Assembly: GCA_025923195.1 (NCBI GenBank)
Contig: JAICGJ010000004.1
Coordinates: 12,610-76,609, forward strand
Source: Chryseolinea sp.
GTDB taxonomy: Bacteria; Bacteroidota; Bacteroidia; Cytophagales; Cyclobacteriaceae
Reading direction: 5' to 3'
Length of the DNA: 64,000 nucleotides
The notes under the pieces: generated by a model
Database searches by the model: none
The model's input: only the letters and a program-made list of their open reading frames with translations
Told to the model about the DNA's origin: nothing
In this document: positions 28,938 through 37,307 of the stretch, piece after piece
How the letters are laid out: each line of letters begins with the position of its first letter
Numbering within the stretch: position 1 is the stretch's first letter
Position numbers and translations under genes: made by a program

Positions 28938-30572
28938 CTATATATTTTTGCTTCGAACGTTTTTCTTTGCTTCGTCGAGGAGTTGCTGACATTGACTCTT
29001 TCGGATCTTATCGTCTGGCTCAATACACGGTAGCTTCAGTGCATGCTGCAGCACCTCAATCGCTGCGTTGTATTGAGAACCTTCGTATAGGGCATTTGCT
29101 TTGCCATAGTGAAAGAGGATATAGTCTGGTTTCAGTCTGATCGCTTTATCATAGTAGCGCAGCGATTGGTCTAGTGAGACGTCCTTGGGAATCCCGCCGA
29201 ATAGAGCTTTGCACGCAAGTTTTTCAATCCAGGTCAGCCTTGATACCTCGTAATGCCATTTTCCCAGGATGTAGTAGGTGGGACCGCTAAGTGAGTCGAG
29301 GGTGATAAGTACCTCTGCTTCTTCGCGAATGCGCATCGCATTTCTGAATTTTTCGGAGGGGTTATTACTTGCTTGTGATAACATTCCGAGGGAAATAATA
29401 TAATTAAGACGAGCTTCGATATGATTTGGATCTAGATCAATGGCATGCATGGCATACATGTGCGCGGAATCTGCTTTTTGAAACTTTCGTAGCTTGTCAT
29501 ATTCCCTGCCAGCCAACGTACACAATACACGGCTGCAACGAATAAGAGCTTCCGTACAATCATTATCGTGTTGAATCGCCTTCTTGTAATATATCAGCGC
29601 GGACCTTTCGTCATGTTTTTTTTCTGCATCAATGCCCAGCAGTAAAAACTGCCGCTCGACTTGTGCATGGCTATTGAGTGACACTAGTATAAGTACGGCG
29701 ATAACGACATAGACAAATTTTGCCAGCCCGATTTTCGGCTGCTCGGGCTGCGCGGAGCAAACGCTGCCACTCCAACCGGGCGCCGCAAAGAGCAGCTTCA
29801 CGGCGTTCAAACCTACAGGGGTTTTTCTAAGGTCCTTGATAATCTCAATCCACTCATGAAAGATCACGTAAAAAAGTGTGTTCGTGGGGAGAGGTTTTGC
29901 GAGCCCGTAAACTGGATGTTCCTCCTCCTCTTTAAAGGTTCCGAATAGTTTATCCCAAATGATAAGTACCCCACCAAAGTTCTTGTCGAGATATTTCTCG
30001 TCGCTTGCGTGATGTACCCGGTGATGCGAGGGCGTATTGAATACGTATTCCACCCATCCAAGTTTTTTTATGAGTTCCGTGTGCTGGAAGAAAGCGTAAA
30101 TAAGTATTAATGCATCCATGGTTAGAACCATTGTGGGGGAAAAACCCAATAGGATCAATGGCGCAAGCGTTGCAAAACGAAATCCTGAGTTAGTCAGGGG
30201 CGTGCGGATCGCCGTTGCGAAATTGTACTTGTGTGACGTGTGGTGGATGGAGTGCATGGCCCAAAAGAATCTGGATTTATGACCCAAATAATGGAATAGA
30301 TAGGATTGAAAATCAGTGAGAAGAAAAAGAACGATCCAGGAAATGAGGCCTTCCTCGATTTTGAAGAGTGAGTATTCTTGAATGGTGGAGTAGACCAAAT
30401 ATACTGATCCCTTGATTAGCACGTTTAAAACAACATTGATTGCAGCAACAGAGAGACTCGTAATGGTGTCTTTTCTTTCATAGAGCCCACGATGTTCTCG
30501 GGCACTCAGGTATGCCTCAAGGATAATACAACCTATGAGCACTGGCGGTACTATAACTTTTATCGTTTCCAT
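28938..30572 (-). CDS. Fatty acid hydroxylase / sterol desaturase superfamily membrane enzyme fused through an extra TM to a C-terminal TPR-like helical domain
   Basis: Three His boxes: HYLGH, HSIHH, HRVHH. Then hydrophobic KFVYVVIAVLILVSL and a helical-repeat tail of about 240 aa (..ALIYYKKAIQHDNDCTEAL.., ..SLRYYDKAIRLKPDY..). Start placed at METIKV (ATG 30572). Confidence 0.75.
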   Translation of the reverse strand: METIKVIVPPVLIGCIILEAYLSAREHRGLYERKDTITSLSVAAINVVLNVLIKGSVYLVYSTIQEYSLFKIEEGLISWIVLFLLTDFQSYLFHYLGHKSRFFWAMHSIHHTSHKYNFATAIRTPLTNSGFRFATLAPLILLGFSPTMVLTMDALILIYAFFQHTELIKKLGWVEYVFNTPSHHRVHHASDEKYLDKNFGGVLIIWDKLFGTFKEEEEHPVYGLAKPLPTNTLFYVIFHEWIEIIKDLRKTPVGLNAVKLLFAAPGWSGSVCSAQPEQPKIGLAKFVYVVIAVLILVSLNSHAQVERQFLLLGIDAEKKHDERSALIYYKKAIQHDNDCTEALIRCSRVLCTLAGREYDKLRKFQKADSAHMYAMHAIDLDPNHIEARLNYIISLGMLSQASNNPSEKFRNAMRIREEAEVLITLDSLSGPTYYILGKWHYEVSRLTWIEKLACKALFGGIPKDVSLDQSLRYYDKAIRLKPDYILFHYGKANALYEGSQYNAAIEVLQHALKLPCIEPDDKIRKSQCQQLLDEAKKNVRSKNI

Positions 30573-30773
30573 AATGATGATATTTTCTTGTCTGATAAAA
30601 CTGCCTTTTGTCAGCAGCAAACCTGATATAAAAGTATCTTCAGCATGGACGGTAAAACATCCCATGTACTTAGTAAATAGTATTGCTAAACAGTGGAAGG
30701 TACCATGTTTATGGTATGGTGCATTCCTGATTTGCGGGATGGATATTCCGGTAAAACCGACCAGTGTACGCGT

Positions 30774-31400
30774 TTAACCAGCGCGAAATTTTGCAGACGC
30801 TTCTGATCGCGAGTGAACGCCCAATTTATTATAGATATTTTTTATGTGTGAGTTCAGAGTCTGAATGGAGATGGCACACTTGTCAGCTATGTCTTTGTAA
30901 CTTAGTCCATCCATAAGAAGCTCCAGAATTTCATGCTCGCGTTTTGTAAGATGGTATTCATCGGGTTTTTTTACAGTTGGTTTTTTATGAAAGTATTCAA
31001 GTACCTTTCTCGCTATGATACCATTCATTGAACTTTTGCCTTCATATACATCCTGGATCGAATCCAGAACTTTTTGAGGAGAGTCTTTCTTTAGCAGATA
31101 GCCGTCTGCACCAGCCTTAATGGCAGCAAAGATCTTATCTTCGTCTTCAAAGACGGTAAGCATTAATACCTTGACGTCTGGATAGGATTTCTTCAATTCA
31201 GCTACGCCTTCGATCCCACTTTTCCCCGGCAAATTAATATCCATAATTACAACGTCTGGTGTATATTTTCTAACCTCCGAAATTATTTCGTTACAATTGC
31301 CAACGATAAAAACGGGTGTGGCTTTATCGGAACTTGATAGGATTGTCCGGAGCAACTCCTGGTACCGGGTGTCATCTTCTACTACACCAGTTTTTATCAT
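30774..31400 (-). CDS. Response regulator, NarL/LuxR family
   Basis: Receiver domain (DVVIMDINLPGKSG) plus a LuxR HTH (LTKREHEILELLMDGLSYKDIADKCAISIQTLNSHIKNIYNKLGV). Confidence 0.9.
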   Translation of the reverse strand: MIKTGVVEDDTRYQELLRTILSSSDKATPVFIVGNCNEIISEVRKYTPDVVIMDINLPGKSGIEGVAELKKSYPDVKVLMLTVFEDEDKIFAAIKAGADGYLLKKDSPQKVLDSIQDVYEGKSSMNGIIARKVLEYFHKKPTVKKPDEYHLTKREHEILELLMDGLSYKDIADKCAISIQTLNSHIKNIYNKLGVHSRSEASAKFRAG

Positions 31401-32218
31401 ATATGTTTTTCGTCAAAATATTGATCCTGTGGCTCATGGTGTTTCAATTGAAGTAACGTACCCTTACCCAATTCACTCTTAATTGAAAATATTGCATTCA
31501 TCAATTTTGCTCTTTTTGTCATGTTCGCGAGGCCTGATTGATTTACAAAACCTCCCTGGTCGGGTAAATAAATGAACCCCTTACCATTATCCTGAACGGA
31601 CAGTTCAATCAGAGGTCTGTTAAACTTCAAGCTTACAGTAATGTGCGTGGCTTGGGCGTGCTTAATGACATTGTTTAGTGCTTCCTGCGCTATTCTGAAG
31701 AATATCATTTGCCTCTGTGGTTCAAGTGCAAATTCTTCTCCGGTGCACTGATATTCAGTCGTGAACATTTTCGTTCGCTTTAACCTCTCAAGTTCATTCC
31801 GGATTGACTGGCTCAAGCCCATTTTCTGAATGTGGTCGGGATTGATGCTCCGAGAAATGTCTCTTAGAATACCCAATGCCTCATCAAGTGTTTTGTTGGC
31901 TTCCAAAATGTTTTTGCTTGCCGTCTCATGCGCACTTGCAGCCATTGTCTTAATATGTACTAATGCGATTGAGATTAGTGTACCAACATTATCGTGAAGT
32001 TCCTGTGAGATCGTTTCAAAAGTTTGGGCTTGGGTTTCGAGCTGAGTCTTCAAAACTTCGCGTTCGTAGACGTTTTTTAGTTCAGAAAGTTCCTGGCGAT
32101 GCCTGAATCGTCGACGCTGGCTGATAAATAAGGCAGCAACAATAAGGATGATGAGGATTAAAATGATAAGCGTACTGCTTATCAAAATCAGGACAACCTC
32201 TGATAGCTTTTCCTGCAT
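31397..32218 (-). CDS. Sensor histidine kinase (HisKA_3 / NarX-DegS type)
   Basis: One TM, H-box SQELHDNVG, HATPase_c N and G boxes (EALNNVIKHA, DNGKGF). 4-nt overlap with the response regulator. Confidence 0.85.
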   Translation of the reverse strand: MQEKLSEVVLILISSTLIILILIILIVAALFISQRRRFRHRQELSELKNVYEREVLKTQLETQAQTFETISQELHDNVGTLISIALVHIKTMAASAHETASKNILEANKTLDEALGILRDISRSINPDHIQKMGLSQSIRNELERLKRTKMFTTEYQCTGEEFALEPQRQMIFFRIAQEALNNVIKHAQATHITVSLKFNRPLIELSVQDNGKGFIYLPDQGGFVNQSGLANMTKRAKLMNAIFSIKSELGKGTLLQLKHHEPQDQYFDEKHI

Positions 32219-32850
32219 AAGAACCCGATCATAATTAGAATATTGAGTAATATAGAAAATGCATTTGAGAAATATCGATAATAAAATACTGTGAAATCGT
32301 AGAAGTTATCAGACATATAATTAAACATTCCTAAAAAGGGCAGGGTACCGCCAAAATACAGAATTAACCCGAACGTAAACCAGAAGAATGGATCTCGAGT
32401 AATGCTTTCGTGGTCGGTGCTTGTGAACAATTCCCAGAAATATGCTCCTGACAAAAAGATGCTAAAAGCCCCCCCGATGACTAATGGATAAGTCTGCAAT
32501 GAAAACAAATCCTGGAGAAAAAGCGTATTGTAAATTGCAAAGAGAATAAAAACTATATAGAACACGGATATTGAAATTTTTATCCATTCATTTTTCAGCT
32601 GTTGATAAAATATACTGGCGAGATAGATGTAATAGAAGATATGAAAGATATTATATAGCCAATGATTCGGGTTTTGTCCTTCCTTGATAAGGTGCCCTGG
32701 TAACTCGACGAGGAATGTGATGATGCATAACTGGGCGAACATTCGAAGAGAACGAGGCGATTCGCCGAGAAATACTCTTATGCTCAATAGTGCGGCGAGT
32801 CCAATGAAAAACAGTGGTAAAAAGGATATTACCTGATCAAACGTGTCCAT
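32188..32850 (-). CDS. Polytopic membrane protein (about 6 TM), possible detached sensor module of the adjacent kinase
   Basis: 220 aa, hydrophobic throughout. Its 3' end overlaps the kinase start by 31 nt. Confidence 0.6.
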   Translation of the reverse strand: MDTFDQVISFLPLFFIGLAALLSIRVFLGESPRSLRMFAQLCIITFLVELPGHLIKEGQNPNHWLYNIFHIFYYIYLASIFYQQLKNEWIKISISVFYIVFILFAIYNTLFLQDLFSLQTYPLVIGGAFSIFLSGAYFWELFTSTDHESITRDPFFWFTFGLILYFGGTLPFLGMFNYMSDNFYDFTVFYYRYFSNAFSILLNILIMIGFLCRKSYQRLS

Positions 32851-33008
32851 TTCTTCCTAATACATTTGATAAAGAACCGATAAAGCTGAGAGGAAGCAAT
32901 AGTTTGAAGCTGTATGTCAATTTATAAGAATTTCCGAAATACGCAACAGATGTGGACAGTGTATCCTGAAATAAAGTGAAAAATATTGATTGATTGGAAG
33001 TGTGCGCC

Positions 33009-33527
33009 ATGACCAAAGAATTGAAAATAGAAAATACACTGCCCACTGATTTAGAATTCATCCATCAGCTCTACGATGAAGCAATCCGGTATCAGCAAGC
33101 TAACGGCTTTCCGGTTTGGGTAGACTTTGACAAAAGAGTGTTGGAAAGTGATGTCTTAAATGGGAATCATTACAAAGTTGTGGTGAATTCGCAGGTTGCT
33201 ATCGTCTTTAGCGTTTGCTACTCCGATAAAATCATTTGGCGGGATAAGGAAAAAGGTGACGCCCTATACCTCCACAGAATTGTAGTCAATCCGGTTTTCA
33301 GGGGACAGAAACTTTTTGGTGTCATCGTAGACTGGACAACAAGACACGCAAGACGAATGAAATTGCGGTTTATCCGAATGGATACATGGGCAAGCAATGT
33401 TGTCCTTATAGAATACTATAAGAGTTTCGGTTTTGCATTTATAGAACACTACAAGACTCCCGATAGCATCGAATTACCGGCTCAAAACAGGAAACTGGAA
33501 CTAGCGCTGCTGGAGTTAAGAGTATGA
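33009..33527 (+). CDS. GNAT family N-acetyltransferase
   Basis: Acetyl-CoA binding motif LHRIVVNPVFRGQKLFGVIVDW (R/Q-x-x-G-x-G/A type). ATG at 33009 preferred over the TTG at 32994. Confidence 0.75.
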   Translation: MTKELKIENTLPTDLEFIHQLYDEAIRYQQANGFPVWVDFDKRVLESDVLNGNHYKVVVNSQVAIVFSVCYSDKIIWRDKEKGDALYLHRIVVNPVFRGQKLFGVIVDWTTRHARRMKLRFIRMDTWASNVVLIEYYKSFGFAFIEHYKTPDSIELPAQNRKLELALLELRV

Positions 33528-33853
33528 ATGTCTTCGTAATGATTCCATTATTGGGAAGGAATAGCACGAAAAAAATGTCGTTTGGTTTATGACTCAGTCA
33601 ATATAAGTGGTAAGCGATGAAGACATAACCCGCGACAGTCAAGGCGCACTCAATACTATCGGAATTCTGTGTGCCTCGACCTTATCACCTTAGTAAAAAA
33701 GAAAATATTTTGCGCAATCAATCTTATTGCCTTATCAAGCGCTGACTCTAAGTTGTATGCTCATAACTACGTGCATTGAGCAACGATCGTTTTTCGAAAT
33801 ACAAAACCCAATATGATTGGTTAGAAAACAAATAAAGGTAAACCAACGTAGGT

Positions 33854-34258
33854 TTAATGGCAATCCTTGAGATGAGGCATCACCTTTTCGACAGGCTTGG
33901 GCTTGATCTTCATGATATCTGTTGGAGTATGGCAGACAACGGCGCAGCGGTTGAAGATCACGATAGGGTACTTTATTAAATGGCTATCGTGAACCAGCAC
34001 CTCTAACCATCCATCCATCGTATAAGTATTAGTTGAAACTTTTGCCTTGTAGTCAGGATGAGAATGATCCAATAAATCGTTCGGATGGACGTGAGCCATG
34101 TTAAGGATTTCTTTCCAGTACGTTGGCGAAAGGCGCTCATGCACTACATCAACTTCATTCAAATGTTTACACATATCATGTGCTATCGCCCTGGTTTGTT
34201 TACCGACATTGGAATGTGGATCGTATACCAAAAACAGCTCATTGGGGTGGAATTGCAT
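33854..34258 (-). CDS. ArsC/Spx-like thioredoxin-fold protein (no N-terminal redox Cys seen)
   Basis: Size and N-terminal beta-alpha pattern (ELFLVYDPHSNVGKQTRAIAHDM..) resemble the ArsC/Spx/YffB family. Assignment is weak. It lies 81 nt downstream of nuoN on the same strand. Confidence 0.4.
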   Translation of the reverse strand: MQFHPNELFLVYDPHSNVGKQTRAIAHDMCKHLNEVDVVHERLSPTYWKEILNMAHVHPNDLLDHSHPDYKAKVSTNTYTMDGWLEVLVHDSHLIKYPIVIFNRCAVVCHTPTDIMKIKPKPVEKVMPHLKDCH

Positions 34259-34339
34259 GGCCGTTGATTTTTTTCATTTTGATCAATATACAACAAAGAA
34301 AACTCCATAACAATCGGTTGCGGGTTTTTCAGCAGGATC

Positions 34340-35782
34340 CTAGTCAAGTGCAAGGAGCTCATGGATAAGTACCATCATGCCGTTGGGGTGCACACCGATC
34401 CAGATAAGAAGAATTGTAAGTATCGCCATTGTCACGCCGCTCACGACATATACTGATGGATTCAGCTCATTTGAGGCTGGCCGTTCCACCTCATTTTTTT
34501 CCATCATTGTTGCAATGATCTTAATATAATAGTATAAGCCAATAGCACTGTTGACCGCCAGCATCACCACCAGAAGCCACAGATGTTCCCTCACACCTGC
34601 AGCGACCAGGTAAAATTTGCCAATAAAGCCGGCAGTCAATGGAATCCCAGCCAAAGACAGAAGCATGGATGTGAACATTGTTGCAGTCCAAGGTCTTGTC
34701 CAAAACAGGCCTCTATAGTCGTCCAACAATTCCGCGTCTCTATCCCTGTCTGAAAGGGTTGCAAGTATACCAAAAGCACCCGTTGAAGTAATGAAATAGG
34801 CAACCAGATAAAAACTCACAGCTTCGATCCCCAACGTTCCTCCTGCCAGGAATGCAACGAGCAGATATCCAAGATGGGCAATAGAGGAGTATGCCAGCAC
34901 GCGCTTAACGTTACCCTGTCTCAACGCCAGAAAATTTCCGATGAACATCGACGCGATTGCGATAATAGTGAAAATCAAGATGAGACCATGATACTGATAG
35001 CCGTCGATTGCCGTGAAAAAACGAACCAACAATGCCATCATACCTCCCTTCGAAACGGTTGCAATAAAAGCCGTAACGGGTGCGGGTGCTCCTTCATAAA
35101 CATCGGCAGCCCACATATGGAAAGGCACAACGCCTAATTTAAATCCTATTCCAACGGTCATGAGTCCGAAACCAGCAAATACAATGACTGGCATGGCTTC
35201 TAAAGACGAGAGATGGCTGGCAATTTTAGAAAATTCCATGGTGCCCACCGCTGTATATACCAGTGCCATTCCAAATAACAGAAAGGCTGACGAGAATGCA
35301 GCTAAAATCAGGTACTTGATCCCAGCTTCATCCGAACGTGCACGTTTGCGTAGGTAGGCAATCATGGAGTATAGCGATACGCTGAGAATTTCGAGACCAA
35401 GAAAAAGCGACACAAAATGCTTGCTGATCACAAGAACAATCGCCCCGAGTGTGGCAAGTATCAGCAGGATGTAATATTCCTCCTTCCTTTCTTCGCGTTG
35501 TTCAAAGTAGGCGTAAGAGATCATCGTGACAGCGAGTGCTGTTAATAATATAAGGCCGGTATTGAAGGTGCCAAATCCATCGAATATAAACAGCGGTTCA
35601 ATAACCCAAGTAGCCGTCGCCTTATACCAGACGAGAAAGATAAAGTCGATAGCTAGCGACACCGTTGTAATGACATAAATTACCTTATGGTCTCGCTTTA
35701 CTGCGATGGAAAACAAAATGAGAATAGCTGCACTTGTCAGTATAAATAGCGGAACTACGCTTAAAAAATCAGTTTTACTCAT
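34340..35782 (-). CDS. nuoN: NADH-quinone oxidoreductase subunit N
   Basis: 480 aa antiporter-like polytopic protein, last in the nuo gene order. 8-nt overlap with nuoM. Confidence 0.9.
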   Translation of the reverse strand: MSKTDFLSVVPLFILTSAAILILFSIAVKRDHKVIYVITTVSLAIDFIFLVWYKATATWVIEPLFIFDGFGTFNTGLILLTALAVTMISYAYFEQREERKEEYYILLILATLGAIVLVISKHFVSLFLGLEILSVSLYSMIAYLRKRARSDEAGIKYLILAAFSSAFLLFGMALVYTAVGTMEFSKIASHLSSLEAMPVIVFAGFGLMTVGIGFKLGVVPFHMWAADVYEGAPAPVTAFIATVSKGGMMALLVRFFTAIDGYQYHGLILIFTIIAIASMFIGNFLALRQGNVKRVLAYSSIAHLGYLLVAFLAGGTLGIEAVSFYLVAYFITSTGAFGILATLSDRDRDAELLDDYRGLFWTRPWTATMFTSMLLSLAGIPLTAGFIGKFYLVAAGVREHLWLLVVMLAVNSAIGLYYYIKIIATMMEKNEVERPASNELNPSVYVVSGVTMAILTILLIWIGVHPNGMMVLIHELLALD

Positions 35783-37307
35783 AAGTGTCTCCTTTCATGA
35801 TATCCACATATAAGTTATCCGGGACGACCGTTGTCGAATGATTGGCCTGGATTGGATCCAGCGATGGCCTCACCGTATCCAATATTGGTTGAGGATATAA
35901 TCCGAGCCAAACGATGATAAGGACAAGAGGAACAAGGATCAGTTTTTCCCGGAATGACAGATCGCTGAGCTGATGAGTGTTTTCCTGCGTGCCATAGAAT
36001 ACTCGCTGCATAATTCTCAGGGAATAAATTGTGCCTGCCACCAAACCCACCGCTGCCAGAATGGTGAGTTTATGAGTGGCTTTCCAGGAGCCGATGAGCG
36101 TTAAAAACTCCGCGATAAAATTTCCCAACCCTGGCAATCCAAGAGACGCCATCGCAAACACAAGCCCTATAGTGCCCATGAACGGCATTTTTTTCCAGAA
36201 TCCTCCCATTTGTCCTATATCGCGCGTGTGGATTCGCTCATAAATAGAACCAGCTAGAATGAAGAGCGCGCCTGTGCTGATGCCATGTGTGATCATCTGC
36301 ATAACGACACCTTGCGTAGCCCATTCGTTGAACGCAAATACCCCGAGCATTATAAACCCCATATGACTAACGCTCGTGTAAGCCACAAGCCTCTTTAAAT
36401 CAGTTTGTGAGAAGGCCAACAAGGCTCCATATAGAATACCAAACACGCCTAACGACATGGCCCACGGAGCGATCTCATGCGCTGCGCCTGGAAACAGCGG
36501 AACAATAAACCGGAGCAATCCATATGCACCGGTTTTGAGTAATAATCCCGCCAATATAACGCTGCCGGCCGTCGGTGCTTCAGAATGTGCGTCAGGTAAC
36601 CACGAGTGAAATGGCACCACTGGCAGCTTGACTATGAAGGCTGCGAGGAATCCAAGCATTAGCCAACGTTCAGCCTCTGCAGAAAATTTTGTGCCAATCA
36701 GCTGAAAATAATCGAAGGTAAAGGTGCCAGTTAAATTTCCATGTATATAGTATAGACCTAGAATAGCAAGGAACATTAGTAACCCGCTAGCCTGGGTGAA
36801 AATGAAAAATTTATAGGCAGCATATCGCCTGTTTTCGTGTCCCCATATCGCGATGAGAAAATACATAGGGATCAGCATGACCTCCCAGAAGAAATAGAAC
36901 AGGAACAAATCCATAGTCAGAAACACCCCGGTGATTCCGGCCAGCACCCACAACAAATTAAAATGAAAGAATCCGACCCGGTACTGTATTTCTTTCCAGG
37001 AAGTAAGCACAGCAAACATGCCCAACAGGAAAGTCAGCAGCAGCATCAACAAACTTAGTCCATCGAGGGCCAGATTGAAGCTTATTCCAAAGCCGGGTAT
37101 CCAGGGTAAATTGTATTTCGCCAGCCACGCCGAATTCGAAAGGTCCATGAGGTATTCCTGTTCCATCCAGAGAAGAAAGGTTATTATAAAGTTTGCAAGC
37201 AGTGCAATTAGAGAAATCCAACGTGAAACGTTCGTATTAATCCGGGCGCCAATCCAAGCGACAATCCCTCCGGCCATAAGCATGATAATCAAAACGGGAA
37301 GTATCAT
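35775..37307 (-). CDS. nuoM: NADH-quinone oxidoreductase subunit M
   Basis: 510 aa antiporter-like subunit (..PFHSWLPDAHSEAPTAGSVILAG..). 4-nt overlap with nuoL. Confidence 0.92.
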   Translation of the reverse strand: MILPVLIIMLMAGGIVAWIGARINTNVSRWISLIALLANFIITFLLWMEQEYLMDLSNSAWLAKYNLPWIPGFGISFNLALDGLSLLMLLLTFLLGMFAVLTSWKEIQYRVGFFHFNLLWVLAGITGVFLTMDLFLFYFFWEVMLIPMYFLIAIWGHENRRYAAYKFFIFTQASGLLMFLAILGLYYIHGNLTGTFTFDYFQLIGTKFSAEAERWLMLGFLAAFIVKLPVVPFHSWLPDAHSEAPTAGSVILAGLLLKTGAYGLLRFIVPLFPGAAHEIAPWAMSLGVFGILYGALLAFSQTDLKRLVAYTSVSHMGFIMLGVFAFNEWATQGVVMQMITHGISTGALFILAGSIYERIHTRDIGQMGGFWKKMPFMGTIGLVFAMASLGLPGLGNFIAEFLTLIGSWKATHKLTILAAVGLVAGTIYSLRIMQRVFYGTQENTHQLSDLSFREKLILVPLVLIIVWLGLYPQPILDTVRPSLDPIQANHSTTVVPDNLYVDIMKGDTYE

